Positions 1-9,521 of a DNA stretch of 64,000 nt are shown here, in pieces; positions within the stretch are counted from its first letter, which is position 1, and the number at the start of each line of letters is the position of its first letter. A program made the translations under genes and the position numbers. The stretch lies in the NCBI GenBank assembly GCA_964424195.1, contig CAYRHT010000004.1:76769-140768 (forward strand). The letters are read 5' to 3'. The stretch comes from an uncultured Gammaproteobacteria bacterium (lineage in GTDB: Bacteria; Patescibacteriota; Patescibacteriia; UBA1558; S5-K13). The notes below the pieces were generated by a model that searched no databases, had not been told where the DNA came from, and saw only the letters and a program-made list of their open reading frames with translations.

Positions 1-335
1 AAACTATTGAGAGAGTAATGGAAGCTGGTGCTAAAGGTGTAAAAATAAAACTATCTGGTCGGTTAAATGGAGTTGAAATTGCTCGAAAAGAAACTTTAGG
101 ACAAGGTAGATTACCATTACATACTTTAAGAGCAAATATTGATTATTCTCGAGGAGCAGCTGCTACAACTTATGGAGCTATTGGAGTTAAAGTATGGATT
201 TATAAAGACAAAGAAAGTGAAGAAAAAGAAACAAGTAATTCAGCTAATGATAGAAAAGGTGGATATAGAGGTAATCGAAATAATAGAAATGACAGAAGAC
301 CAAATGATAAATTTGGATTTAATAATAAGAAATAA
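1..335 (+). CDS. rpsC: 30S ribosomal protein S3, C-terminal part (5'-truncated by window)
   Basis: [42 protein letters not shown] motifs; precedes rplP. Confidence 0.97.
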   Translation, partial: TIERVMEAGAKGVKIKLSGRLNGVEIARKETLGQGRLPLHTLRANIDYSRGAAATTYGAIGVKVWIYKDKESEEKETSNSANDRKGGYRGNRNNRNDRRPNDKFGFNNKK

Positions 336-337
336 AT

Positions 338-751
338 ATGTTAGCGCCTAAAAAAGAAAAACACAGAAAGCAATTTAGAGGAGACCAAATTAAAGGAGTT
401 GCCACTCAAGGAAATTCCCTTGCTTTTGGAAGTTTTGGTTTGAAAACTAAAGAAGCTTGCTGGATAACTGCTAGACAAATTGAATCAGCTCGAAGAGCAG
501 TAGTACATCATTTAAATAGAGGCGGTAAATATTGGATTAGAATCTTTCCAGATAAACCAATTACTGCTAAAGGTGGTGAAATTCCCATGGGAAGTGGTAA
601 AGGTGCTGTAGATCATCATGTAGCAGTTGTTAAACCAGGTAATATGTTATTCGAATTAGAAGGTATTGAAGAAAGTATGGCTAAAGAAGCTTTTAAATTA
701 GCAGCATATAAATTACCTGTTAAATGTAGATTTGTAACAAAACAACATTAA
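338..751 (+). CDS. rplP: 50S ribosomal protein L16
   Basis: MLAPKKEKHRKQFRG start, WIRIFPDKPIT, MGSGKG; operon position. Confidence 0.98.
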   Translation: MLAPKKEKHRKQFRGDQIKGVATQGNSLAFGSFGLKTKEACWITARQIESARRAVVHHLNRGGKYWIRIFPDKPITAKGGEIPMGSGKGAVDHHVAVVKPGNMLFELEGIEESMAKEAFKLAAYKLPVKCRFVTKQH

Positions 752-755
752 AAAT

Positions 756-1031
756 ATGAAAATAAAAGAATTAAGACAAAAAAAAGTTGCGGACTTACAT
801 AAATTACTTAAATCTAATCGAGAAGAGTTAAGAGCTTTAAGATTTAGTATTAGTTCTGAACAAGAAAAAAATGTTAGAAAGATGCGAGATGTCAGAAAAA
901 ATATTGCTAAAATTTTAACTCTTTTAAATAATGAGAATAATAAGAAAGAAGTAATTAAAGAAGAAAAACCTGTTGAAAAGAAAGAAGAAGTTAAAAAAGA
1001 AAAGATTAAAGAAGTTAAAAAAAGTAAATAA
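756..1031 (+). CDS. rpmC: 50S ribosomal protein L29 with Lys/Glu-rich C-terminal tail
   Basis: MKIKELR...LRF...RKNIAKILT; position between rplP and rpsQ. Confidence 0.93.
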   Translation: MKIKELRQKKVADLHKLLKSNREELRALRFSISSEQEKNVRKMRDVRKNIAKILTLLNNENNKKEVIKEEKPVEKKEEVKKEKIKEVKKSK

Positions 1032-1038
1032 TTAATAT

Positions 1039-1308
1039 ATGGATAAAGAAATTAAAAAAACAGAGTCAAATAAGATTTTTAGAGAACTAAAAGGAGTTGT
1101 TGTTAGTACTAAAATGCAAAAAACTGTAGTTGTAGAAGTTAATACTAGTAAGGCTCATAAACTTTATAAAAAAAGATTTACCATCAGCAAAAGATATAAA
1201 GCTCATGATGAAAATAATGAATACAATGTTGGTGATAAAGTTTTAATTAGACAAGTTAGACCTCTTTCTAAAGATAAGAAATGGGCAGTTATTAGAAAGA
1301 TTAAATAA
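1039..1308 (+). CDS. rpsQ: 30S ribosomal protein S17
   Basis: GVVVSTKMQKTVVV, YKAHDE, RPLSKDK. Confidence 0.97.
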   Translation: MDKEIKKTESNKIFRELKGVVVSTKMQKTVVVEVNTSKAHKLYKKRFTISKRYKAHDENNEYNVGDKVLIRQVRPLSKDKKWAVIRKIK

Positions 1309-1326
1309 AGTAATCAATATATACGT

Positions 1327-1695
1327 ATGATACAGACAGAATCAATGTTAGGTGTAGCTGATAATAGTGGAGCTAAAAAGGTCCAATGTATTAAGGTACT
1401 TGGAGGTACTAGAAGACGATACGCTCGAGTTGGAGATATTATTGTAATTACTGTAAAAATAGCTCAACCTCATAGTATGGTTAAAAAGAGTGAAGTATTA
1501 AAAGCTGTTGTTGTTAGACAGAAAAAAGAAGTTCGAAGAAAGAACGGTGTTTATGTTAGATTTGATGATAATGCAGTTGTAATTTTAGAAAAAGATAAGG
1601 AGCCTAAGGGTAGTAGAATCTTTGGACCAGTTGCTCGAGAATTAAGAGTAGCAGGGTTTAATAAGATTGTTTCTTTAGCCCCAGAGGTTTTATAA
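1327..1695 (+). CDS. rplN: 50S ribosomal protein L14
   Basis: [33 protein letters not shown]. Confidence 0.99.
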   Translation: MIQTESMLGVADNSGAKKVQCIKVLGGTRRRYARVGDIIVITVKIAQPHSMVKKSEVLKAVVVRQKKEVRRKNGVYVRFDDNAVVILEKDKEPKGSRIFGPVARELRVAGFNKIVSLAPEVL

Positions 1696-1718
1696 TTTAA
1701 TTAAAGATTTTCAATAAT

Positions 1719-2027
1719 ATGAATATTAAGAAAAATGATACAGTAAAAGTAATGGCTGGAAAAGACAAGGGTAAAACTGGAAAAGTTTCTCAAGTTTTTA
1801 AAGTTCTTAATAAAGTAGTAGTTGAAAAATTAAATAAAAGATACAAGAATCTTAGACCTAGAAAAGAAGGTGAAAAAGGTCAAAGAATTGAATTTGATGC
1901 TCCAATGGATGCTTCTAATGTAATGTTGGTATGTAAGAAATGTGCTAAGACTACTAGAGTAGGATATAAAATATCAGGAGATAAAAAGTATCGAGTTTGT
2001 AAAAAATGTAAAGAAACATTAAATTAA
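1719..2027 (+). CDS. rplX: 50S ribosomal protein L24
   Basis: KOW motif GKDKGKTGKV, SNVML; two CKKC motifs. Confidence 0.97.
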   Translation: MNIKKNDTVKVMAGKDKGKTGKVSQVFKVLNKVVVEKLNKRYKNLRPRKEGEKGQRIEFDAPMDASNVMLVCKKCAKTTRVGYKISGDKKYRVCKKCKETLN

Positions 2028-2050
2028 TATTTAAAGATTAACTTATCATA

Positions 2051-2644
2051 ATGAAAACAATTAAAGAACAATATAGAAAAGAGATAATTCCTAAGATGAA
2101 GGAAAAATTAGGCTATAAAAATGTTATGGCTATTCCTAAGATTGAAAAGGTTACTTTAAATGTTGGTTTAGGTAAATCTTTAACGAATAAAGAATATGTT
2201 AAAGTTGTCGAAAACACCTTAACTAGAATTTCTGGTCAAAAACCTGTTTTTACTGAAGCTAAGAAATCAATTTCAGCATTTAAGATTAGAGAAGGTATGG
2301 TTGTTGGTGCTAAAGTTACTTTAAGAGGAAAGAAAATGGATGACTTTTTAACAAAATTAGTTCATATTACTTTCCCAAGAATGAAAGATTTTCATGGTAT
2401 AGATGCTTTACATAATCATATTGATCAAAATGGTAATTTCTCATTTGGATTAAAAGAACATACTGTTTTCCCAGAAATTAAAAGTGATGAAGTAGAACAT
2501 GTTCATGGTTTAGAGTTAACTATTACTACTACATCAAAAAACAAAGCAGAATGTTATTTTCTATTAAAATATTTAGGATTTCCATTTATAGTTGATGAAG
2601 ATTTAGAAAAAGAACTTAAGGATAATAATTTTAAAAACAATTAA
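2051..2644 (+). CDS. rplE: 50S ribosomal protein L5
   Basis: [33 protein letters not shown]. Confidence 0.98.
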   Translation: MKTIKEQYRKEIIPKMKEKLGYKNVMAIPKIEKVTLNVGLGKSLTNKEYVKVVENTLTRISGQKPVFTEAKKSISAFKIREGMVVGAKVTLRGKKMDDFLTKLVHITFPRMKDFHGIDALHNHIDQNGNFSFGLKEHTVFPEIKSDEVEHVHGLELTITTTSKNKAECYFLLKYLGFPFIVDEDLEKELKDNNFKNN

Positions 2645-2648
2645 TTTT

Positions 2649-2834
2649 ATGGCTACAAAAGCAAGAATAGCAAAATCAAATAAAACTCCAAAATTTTCTA
2701 CTAGAATTAATAGAAGATGTTGGCGTTGTGGTAGAGGACGAAGTTATATGAGAGACTTTGGACTATGCCGAATTTGTTTTAGAGAATTAGCTACCAAAGG
2801 AGAAATGCCAGGAATTAAGAAATCAAGTTGGTAA
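2649..2834 (+). CDS. rpsN: 30S ribosomal protein S14, zinc-binding type Z
   Basis: 61 aa, RCWRCGR...LCRICFRE...KSSW. Confidence 0.97.
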   Translation: MATKARIAKSNKTPKFSTRINRRCWRCGRGRSYMRDFGLCRICFRELATKGEMPGIKKSSW

Positions 2835-2876
2835 TAAATTAATTAATTATAATAATCAAATAAAAAGTTTAAATAT

Positions 2877-3269
2877 ATGATGACCGATCCAATAGCGGAT
2901 ATGCTAACAAGAATAAGGAATGCTCAAGCTGTTCATAAAGAAGAGTTGGCTTTGCCATTCTCAAAAATGAAATATGAGATTGCTAAATTATTAGCTAGAG
3001 AAAGCTTTATTGAATCAACTGAGAAGATTACAAATAAATTTGATGAAATCAAGATAGTTTTAAAGTATAAAGAAGATGGTCAGCCGAGTATTGAACACAT
3101 TAAGAGAATTAGTAAACCAGGACAAAGAATTTATGTTAAAAAAGATTCGCTTCCTAAAGTTTTAAACGATTTAGGAGTTGCTGTACTTTCTACATCTGAT
3201 GGATTAATGACTAATAAGAAAGCGAGAAGAGTACAAGTAGGTGGTGAATTATTATTTGAAATATGGTAA
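2877..3269 (+). CDS. rpsH: 30S ribosomal protein S8
   Basis: DPIADMLTRIRNA, ISKPGQRIY, GGELL. Confidence 0.98.
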   Translation: MMTDPIADMLTRIRNAQAVHKEELALPFSKMKYEIAKLLARESFIESTEKITNKFDEIKIVLKYKEDGQPSIEHIKRISKPGQRIYVKKDSLPKVLNDLGVAVLSTSDGLMTNKKARRVQVGGELLFEIW

Positions 3270-3289
3270 TCAGTTAAAATATAAAATAT

Positions 3290-3835
3290 ATGTCAAGAAT
3301 AGGAAAACAACCAATAAATACCCCAGAAGGAGTACAAGTATCTATTAAAGATAATGTAATCGAAGTTTCTGGTCCCAAAGGTAAATTAACAGAAAATTTA
3401 GTACCTAATGTTAAGGTTGAAATAAAAGATAAAGAAGTCTTAGTTAGTGTTGAAAATCCAGAAAATAAAGAACAAAGATCAATGTGGGGTTTACAAAGAA
3501 GTTTAATTAACAATATGGTTGTTGGTCTTACTGAAGGTTTCACTAAACAATTAGAAGTTAATGGTGTTGGATACAAAGTAGTTTTACAGGGTAAAAAAAT
3601 AGTTTTAAATGTTGGTTATTCACATCCAGTTAATTATGACTTACCAGAAGGAGTTGATGCTCAAATTGAAAAGAATTTAATTACTTTAAGTAGTTTTAAT
3701 AAACAATTAGTAGGACAAGTTGCTGCTGAAATTAGATCAGTCAGAAAACCAGAACCTTATAAAGGTAAAGGAATTAAATATTTAGAAGAAGTAATTAGAA
3801 GAAAAGAAGGTAAAGTAGCTAAGTCTGGAGAATAA
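3290..3835 (+). CDS. rplF: 50S ribosomal protein L6
   Basis: MSRIGKQPI, GYSHPV, PEPYKGKGIKY. Confidence 0.98.
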   Translation: MSRIGKQPINTPEGVQVSIKDNVIEVSGPKGKLTENLVPNVKVEIKDKEVLVSVENPENKEQRSMWGLQRSLINNMVVGLTEGFTKQLEVNGVGYKVVLQGKKIVLNVGYSHPVNYDLPEGVDAQIEKNLITLSSFNKQLVGQVAAEIRSVRKPEPYKGKGIKYLEEVIRRKEGKVAKSGE

Positions 3836-3856
3836 ACTTTAATTAATTAGAATTAT

Positions 3857-4210
3857 ATGGATAAAAATAAGAAAGCAAATATTTTGAAAGCTAGAAGACA
3901 TAATCGAGTTAGATCAGTGGTTAAAGGTACTGCTGAAAGACCTAGGTTAAGTGTTAATTTTAGTTTAAAACATTCTTATGCTCAAATTATTGATGATGAA
4001 AATAGAGTAACTTTAGTTGGTGCTAGTGATAAAGAATTAAAGGCTAATGGTAAGAATATTAAGATTGCAGAAGAATTAGGAAAATTAATTGCTAAGAAAG
4101 CTAAAGATATTAAAATAGAGACAGTTGTTTTTGATAGAGGTTCTAGACAATATCATGGAAAAGTAAAAGCCTTAGCAGATAGTGCTAGAGCAGAAGGATT
4201 AAAATTTTAA
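3857..4210 (+). CDS. rplR: 50S ribosomal protein L18
   Basis: GTAERPRLSV, AQIIDD, VVFDRG..YHGKVKALAD. Confidence 0.97.
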   Translation: MDKNKKANILKARRHNRVRSVVKGTAERPRLSVNFSLKHSYAQIIDDENRVTLVGASDKELKANGKNIKIAEELGKLIAKKAKDIKIETVVFDRGSRQYHGKVKALADSARAEGLKF

Positions 4211-4222
4211 TAATATATTTAT

Positions 4223-4762
4223 ATGAGAGACAATAATTATAAAAAAAGAGAAAAACCAGAGTTTGATCAACGATTAGTTGATATTGCTAGAGTTACTAGA
4301 GTTATGGCTGGTGGTAAGAGACTAAGATTCAGAGCCTGTGTTGTAATTGGTAATTTAAATAAAAAAATAGGTTGGGGTGTAGCTAAAGGTGCTGATGTCT
4401 CTATTGCTATTAACAAAGCTGTTGATAAAGCTAAAAAAGACATGATAGTAGTTAATGTTAAAGGTGATACTATCCCTCATGAAGTTATGCATAAATTTAA
4501 AGCAGCTAAAGTTTTTATTAAACCAGCTCCAGAAGGAAGAGGAGTAATTGCTGGTGGTGTTATTCGAGATGTCTTAGAACTAGCTGGTATTAAAGATATT
4601 ATTGCTAAAATGTATGGTTGTAAGAATAAAGTAAATAACGTTAGATGTGTTTTTGAAGCTTTAGGAAAACTTAGAAAAGTAGAAGAAGTAAAGAAAGAAG
4701 TTGCTCCATCTACTAAAGCCCCAGAAATTAAGAAAGAAATTAAAAAAGAAGATAAGAAATAA
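4223..4762 (+). CDS. rpsE: 30S ribosomal protein S5
   Basis: RVTRVMAGGKRLRF, PAPEGRGVIAGG. Confidence 0.97.
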   Translation: MRDNNYKKREKPEFDQRLVDIARVTRVMAGGKRLRFRACVVIGNLNKKIGWGVAKGADVSIAINKAVDKAKKDMIVVNVKGDTIPHEVMHKFKAAKVFIKPAPEGRGVIAGGVIRDVLELAGIKDIIAKMYGCKNKVNNVRCVFEALGKLRKVEEVKKEVAPSTKAPEIKKEIKKEDKK

Positions 4763-4785
4763 ATAAATTTAAATTAATTAAATAT

Positions 4786-5385
4786 ATGTTAACCTTAAGC
4801 AATTTACAAGTACAAAAAGGAGCAAAGAAAAAGAAAATACGTCGAGGAAGAGGTAATGCTTCTGGTTATGGTAATTATTCAGGAAGAGGAATGAAGGGTC
4901 AAAGATCTAGAAGTGGTGGTAAATCAGGTTTAAAGAGATTAGGAATGAAGAAATTAATTATTCAATTACCAAAGAAGAGAGGTTTTAACAGAACTAGTAG
5001 AAGATTCAATGTTATTAATTTAAATATTTTAGAACAAAAATTTAAAGAAGGTGAACAAATAACATTTAAAAAGTTAGCAGCACTTGGTTTAATTTCTAAA
5101 CCTAGAGATGGTGTTAAGATTCTAGCTAAAGGTGATATTAAAAAGAAGCTAACTGTTAAAGCTCATAGTTTTTCAAAATCAGCTAAAGAAGCTATAATTA
5201 AAGCAGGTGGTAAAGTTATTGAAACTCCATTTAAAAGGAGAAGCCTATTAGCTGCTAAAAAGAAAAAGGTAGAAGCTAAAGTAATTAAAAAAGAAGATAC
5301 TAAAGAAGTTAAGAAAGTAGCTCCTAAGAAAGCAAAAGCTGCTCCTAAAAAAGTAGTTAAGAAAACAACTAAAACAAAGAAATAA
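4786..5385 (+). CDS. rplO: 50S ribosomal protein L15 with long Lys-rich tail
   Basis: RRGRGNASG, GRGMKGQRSRSG, LPKKRGF, FSKSA..AI..AGG. Confidence 0.96.
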   Translation: MLTLSNLQVQKGAKKKKIRRGRGNASGYGNYSGRGMKGQRSRSGGKSGLKRLGMKKLIIQLPKKRGFNRTSRRFNVINLNILEQKFKEGEQITFKKLAALGLISKPRDGVKILAKGDIKKKLTVKAHSFSKSAKEAIIKAGGKVIETPFKRRSLLAAKKKKVEAKVIKKEDTKEVKKVAPKKAKAAPKKVVKKTTKTKK

Positions 5386-5393
5386 ACCTTATA

Positions 5394-6677
5394 ATGCTTA
5401 TCGAAAGACTAAAACAAATTTTCAAGATTAAAGAGTTAAGAAACGCTATTCTTTTTGTTTTTGCAATGTTAGTTATTAGTAGAATAGCTGCTCATATTCC
5501 TATTCCTGGAGTAGATGTTTCTGGTTTAAAAGATTTCTTTGAATCAAACCAATTACTTGGATTATTAAATATGTTTTCTGGTGGTGGGATGAAGAACTTT
5601 TCTATTGTGATGCTTGGTATTGGACCATATATTACTGCTTCAATTATTATTCAGCTTTTAACAATGGTTATCCCAGCTTTAGAGAATTTATCTAAAGAGG
5701 GTGAAGCTGGAAGAACTAAGATAAACTTATATACAAAATACTTAACTATTCCTTTAGCTTTTGTTCAAGGTTATAGTTTTATTACATTATTACAAAGACA
5801 ATCATCATATCAAATGATTGGACATTTAGATATTATTCAATATGCTATAGCTTTAATTACAATCTGTGCTGGAACAATGTTCCTAGTATGGTTAGGTGAA
5901 CTTATCACACAGAAGAATATTGGTAATGGTATTTCATTATTAATCTTTGCTGGTATAGTTTCTGGATGGCTTACTTCATTACAAAGAGCAATCGCTGTCT
6001 ATGACCCATCAAAGATATTTTCTTTGTTAGTATTTTTAGTAATTGCTCTAGCAACTATAGTTGTAGTAGTAATAATTAATGAAGGACAAAGAAACATTCC
6101 AGTATCCTATGCTCGAAGAGTAAGAGGTAACAAGATGTATGGTGGAGTAAATACTCATTTACCTTTGAAGGTAAATCAATCTGGTGTTATTCCAATCATC
6201 TTTGCTATTTCTTTAGTATTGTTTCCATCAATGGTAGCTAAATTCTTTGCTTCAGCTGGTAATCCAAATGTAGCAGCTTTTGCTAATTGGGTTTTAGATT
6301 TATTCCAAAATCAAGTTTTCTATGGATTTATATACTTTACTTTAGTAGTTGCTTTCACATATTTCTATACAGCAATTGTTTTCCATCCTGATCAAATATC
6401 AGAAAATCTACAGAAACAAGGTGGATTTATTCCTGGAATTAGACCAGGAAATCATACAGCTAGTTATCTCCAAAAGATTGTTACTAGAATTAACTTAGCT
6501 GGTGCATTATTCTTAGGTTGTGTAGCTGTTCTACCAGTTTTAACTCAATCATTTACTCAAGGTATTGGTTCTATGGTTGTTGGTGGAACAAGTATTTTAA
6601 TTGTAGTAGCAGTAGTTATTGAAACAGTTAAATCAATGAATTCTCAATTAACAATGAGAAATTACGAAGAGCTTTAA
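5394..6677 (+). CDS. secY: Preprotein translocase subunit SecY
   Basis: LGIGPYITASII, WLGELIT, GNGISL, GVIPIIFA, FIPGIRPG; multiple TM segments. Confidence 0.99.
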   Translation: MLIERLKQIFKIKELRNAILFVFAMLVISRIAAHIPIPGVDVSGLKDFFESNQLLGLLNMFSGGGMKNFSIVMLGIGPYITASIIIQLLTMVIPALENLSKEGEAGRTKINLYTKYLTIPLAFVQGYSFITLLQRQSSYQMIGHLDIIQYAIALITICAGTMFLVWLGELITQKNIGNGISLLIFAGIVSGWLTSLQRAIAVYDPSKIFSLLVFLVIALATIVVVVIINEGQRNIPVSYARRVRGNKMYGGVNTHLPLKVNQSGVIPIIFAISLVLFPSMVAKFFASAGNPNVAAFANWVLDLFQNQVFYGFIYFTLVVAFTYFYTAIVFHPDQISENLQKQGGFIPGIRPGNHTASYLQKIVTRINLAGALFLGCVAVLPVLTQSFTQGIGSMVVGGTSILIVVAVVIETVKSMNSQLTMRNYEEL

Positions 6678-6700
6678 TTAGTTAAGTTTTTTAGTTATTT

Positions 6701-6724
6701 AATCGAGTATTACTCGGTTTTTTT
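6701..6724 (+). terminator. Intrinsic terminator after secY
   Basis: aatcgagt-at-tactcggtt hairpin followed by a T run. Confidence 0.75.
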
Positions 6725-6739
6725 GTTGTCTTTAAATGC

Positions 6740-6768
6740 TTGACAAATAACTAAATTAATGATATGAT
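6740..6768 (+). promoter_or_regulatory. Sigma70-type promoter for the orphan gene at 6847
   Basis: TTGACA-17 nt-TATGAT with extended -10 TG. Confidence 0.75.
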
Positions 6769-6846
6769 AGAGAGTTATGAAAAATAAATAGGCGGTCAGC
6801 TAAAGTTAATTCAGAATGAAATGGTTGTTTAAAATTAGGAGGAGCT

Positions 6847-7752
6847 ATGAAAATGCTCAAATTCAATGCTGACAACAAGGTCGGTATTCAAGTAATTAGA
6901 GACTTAAAAGCAGAAATGTTTTTTAAAGTCAGAGTTGTTTATTGTGAATGGATTGAAACAAATGTTTTTGAAGAAGTTTCGTCAAAAACAAAAAATCCAC
7001 ATCTAGCAAAAGCTAGATTCATTATTCAGAACTATCATTGTGAAGATCGTGAAACTTTGAAGAATGCAAAAGTCGGAGATGAATTTAATTTCAAAGTAGA
7101 AAAAGTTCAGTATACTGAAGTAAAGAAAAAGTTTCAGTTAGTGAAAGTTTTCGGAAGACTTGTACCACCATATTCTAGACATGGATTCAAAGATGGACAA
7201 GAAATTGAAGTTAATTTCAAAGGTATGAAAAATGAAAAACCGGTTTTTAACTTTATGGAATCTTCGGACGAAACAAAAAGACTTTTTGTAACTTTGGACA
7301 GAGAATATCGTAAAGAAAGTATGGAGAAATTGATGTCCAGCGAAGACTACAAAGTCTGGAAAGCCAAAGTACACTTCATTGATGACGATTTCATTACTGT
7401 AGAAATTGTAGGTGAAAAACCAATCCGAGATTCTCATAAGCCGAAGATGGTTACTTTCCCCGGATGTCCTGTAGGAGAAGTAGTGGAAACAAAGGTTTTT
7501 TATTCTGATAGAGGTAGAAAAAATTTCCTTGCTCCTCATAAATTATTTGATCAAAGATTGTCCTTTGTGATAAACAGAAATCAACCAAAAGAAGATCAGG
7601 AAAAACAAGAAGCAGTTTTGCAAAATGCAAGATGTAATACAAAGATAAAGATTCAGATCATGAAGATTGTAAAATCTAAAGCTAAAGAAGATACTAAGAT
7701 AGCTTTTGTGCAGATACTGGATCCGGATGAGGCTAAAGGTGCTATAGCTTAA
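6847..7752 (+). CDS. Hypothetical protein, 301 aa, possibly tandem beta-barrel (OB/S1-like) modules
   Basis: Long ORF with AGGAGGAG RBS, own promoter and terminator; fold is an inference from repeated G-D/E-x-hydrophobic beta patterns. Confidence 0.8.
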   Translation: MKMLKFNADNKVGIQVIRDLKAEMFFKVRVVYCEWIETNVFEEVSSKTKNPHLAKARFIIQNYHCEDRETLKNAKVGDEFNFKVEKVQYTEVKKKFQLVKVFGRLVPPYSRHGFKDGQEIEVNFKGMKNEKPVFNFMESSDETKRLFVTLDREYRKESMEKLMSSEDYKVWKAKVHFIDDDFITVEIVGEKPIRDSHKPKMVTFPGCPVGEVVETKVFYSDRGRKNFLAPHKLFDQRLSFVINRNQPKEDQEKQEAVLQNARCNTKIKIQIMKIVKSKAKEDTKIAFVQILDPDEAKGAIA

Positions 7753-7769
7753 TTCTTAAATATTATCAT

Positions 7770-7800
7770 AATGCTCATCTGAATCAGGTGAGCATTTTTT
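7770..7800 (+). terminator. Intrinsic terminator
   Basis: aatgctcatctg-aat-caggtgagcatt plus T run. Confidence 0.85.
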
Positions 7801-7864
7801 ATTGTTTTAAAGCTTATTTTATAGTAGTATATAGGTATTATTATAATTTAATTAGGAGGAAATT

Positions 7865-8041
7865 ATGTGTTTTGGATACACAGATGAAGAGGTAAGTGCA
7901 ATTATCAATAATTGTAAAAGAGACATTTTACCTCAAGAAGAAAAGTTATATCCGGATAAGGATTGTTTAGATGTAGTTCAAAAAGGATGTCAAAGTTTGA
8001 ATCTAGAAACTATAAAAGCTCTATTTGCTAATGGAGTATAA
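7865..8041 (+). CDS. Small hypothetical protein, 58 aa (absent from ORF track)
   Basis: AGGAGGA RBS 4 nt upstream of ATG; MCFGYTDEEVSAIINNCKRDILPQEEKLYPDKDCLDVVQKGCQSLNLETIKALFANGV; followed by a terminator. Confidence 0.7.
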   Translation: MCFGYTDEEVSAIINNCKRDILPQEEKLYPDKDCLDVVQKGCQSLNLETIKALFANGV

Positions 8042-8047
8042 ATTTAT

Positions 8048-8071
8048 AAGGGCTTCTTCGGAGGCCTTTTT
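8048..8071 (+). terminator. Intrinsic terminator
   Basis: ggcttc-ttcg-gaggcc (UUCG loop) plus TTTTT. Confidence 0.85.
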
Positions 8072-8134
8072 GTTTGTTTTAAAGCCTAAAATAGAGTAAT
8101 ATAATAGTATATTACAATTAAGATAAGGATTATT

Positions 8135-8761
8135 ATGAATATTATTTTTCTAGGAATGCCCGGAAGTGGTAAAGGAACTCAGGCTGAATTATTAGCAAAG
8201 AAATTGAATATACCAATAGTTTCAACTGGTAATTGTTTTCGTAAGAATATTAAAGATGAGACAGAATTAGGGTTAAAAGTTAAAGATATTTTAGCCAAAG
8301 GTGATTTAGTCCCTGATGAAATTACTTTTGAAATGTTAAAAGGAGAGATACAAAGCGTGGATACTTCTAATGGTTTAATTTTAGATGGTTATCCTCGGAG
8401 TATAAATCAAGCTGAATTATTAAAAGAATTTTTAAACATTGATATAGTTTTGAATATAGAATTATCAGAGGATCAAGTTTTAATTAGAATTGGTGGTCGA
8501 AGAACTTGTAAATGTGGTGAAACATATCATATTAAGTTTAATCCACCAAAAGAAGAAAATACTTGTGATAAGTGTAGTAAGGAATTATATATCAGAGATG
8601 ATTCTAAAGAAGAAACTATTAAGAATAGATTAAAGGTTTACAATGAACAAACAACTCCTTTAATAGAATTCTACAAAGAAGAAATTGTAAATATAGATGG
8701 TAATCCATCAATCCCAGAAGTGACAGAGGAGATTGATAAAGCATTAAAAATAAATGATTAG
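8135..8761 (+). CDS. adk: Adenylate kinase
   Basis: GMPGSGKGTQA P-loop, LDGYPR, Cys-containing lid, RDD. Confidence 0.97.
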   Translation: MNIIFLGMPGSGKGTQAELLAKKLNIPIVSTGNCFRKNIKDETELGLKVKDILAKGDLVPDEITFEMLKGEIQSVDTSNGLILDGYPRSINQAELLKEFLNIDIVLNIELSEDQVLIRIGGRRTCKCGETYHIKFNPPKEENTCDKCSKELYIRDDSKEETIKNRLKVYNEQTTPLIEFYKEEIVNIDGNPSIPEVTEEIDKALKIND

Positions 8762-9521
8762 TATTAAAACAAAAGAGGAGATTGAAGTACTGGCTAAAGG
8801 CGGGAAGATTTTAGCTAATATTTTAAAAAGAGTTGGTGAAACTGCTCAGATTGGAGTTAGCACTAAAGAGCTGGATGAAATGGCTGAGAAGTTAATTCTA
8901 GAAGCTGGTGGTATTCCTGCTTTTAAAGGCTATGGAGAACCAGATCCATTTCCAGCTACTCTATGTACTTCAGTTAATGAAGCTATTGTGCATTCTATTC
9001 CCAGTGATTACAAATTAAAAGATGGGGATGTTATTGGTTTAGATATTGGAATGAAATGGCCAGCTCAGGATGGATTATTTACTGACCATGCAATTACAGT
9101 TGCTATTGGTGATACTAAAGCAGAGAATCTAGAATTAATGAGAGTAACTAAAGAATGTTTGAATAAAGCTATTAGTATTTTAAAACCAGGAATGTATATT
9201 AATGATATTGGAAGAGCTATTGAAGAATATGTTAAATCTCAAGGAGATTATGGAATTATTAGAGACCTAGTTGGTCATGGAGTCGGTCATAAAGTTCATG
9301 AAGAACCAAAGATTGTTAATTTTGCTACTAAAGAAAATGGAGCAGAGATTAAAGAAGGAATGGTTTTAGCTATTGAACCAATGATTACTTTAGGAACTCA
9401 CAAGATTAAAGTTGATAGTAATGGTTGGGATATTATTACTCAAGATCGTTCTATATCAGCTCATTTTGAACATACAGTAGCGATTACTAAGACAGGAAAT
9501 AAAATTATAACTAGTATATGA
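8754..9521 (+). CDS. map: Methionine aminopeptidase type I
   Basis: CTSVNEAIVHSIP, GHGVG, HEEP, AIEPM, SAHFEHT. Confidence 0.97.
   Translation: MISIKTKEEIEVLAKGGKILANILKRVGETAQIGVSTKELDEMAEKLILEAGGIPAFKGYGEPDPFPATLCTSVNEAIVHSIPSDYKLKDGDVIGLDIGMKWPAQDGLFTDHAITVAIGDTKAENLELMRVTKECLNKAISILKPGMYINDIGRAIEEYVKSQGDYGIIRDLVGHGVGHKVHEEPKIVNFATKENGAEIKEGMVLAIEPMITLGTHKIKVDSNGWDIITQDRSISAHFEHTVAITKTGNKIITSI

Noticed and set aside
6777-6832. Mini-ORF MKNK and a G-U-rich pairing in the leader of the 6847 gene
   Set aside because: No RBS for the mini-ORF, and the stem relies mostly on G-U pairs; not distinguishable from chance.
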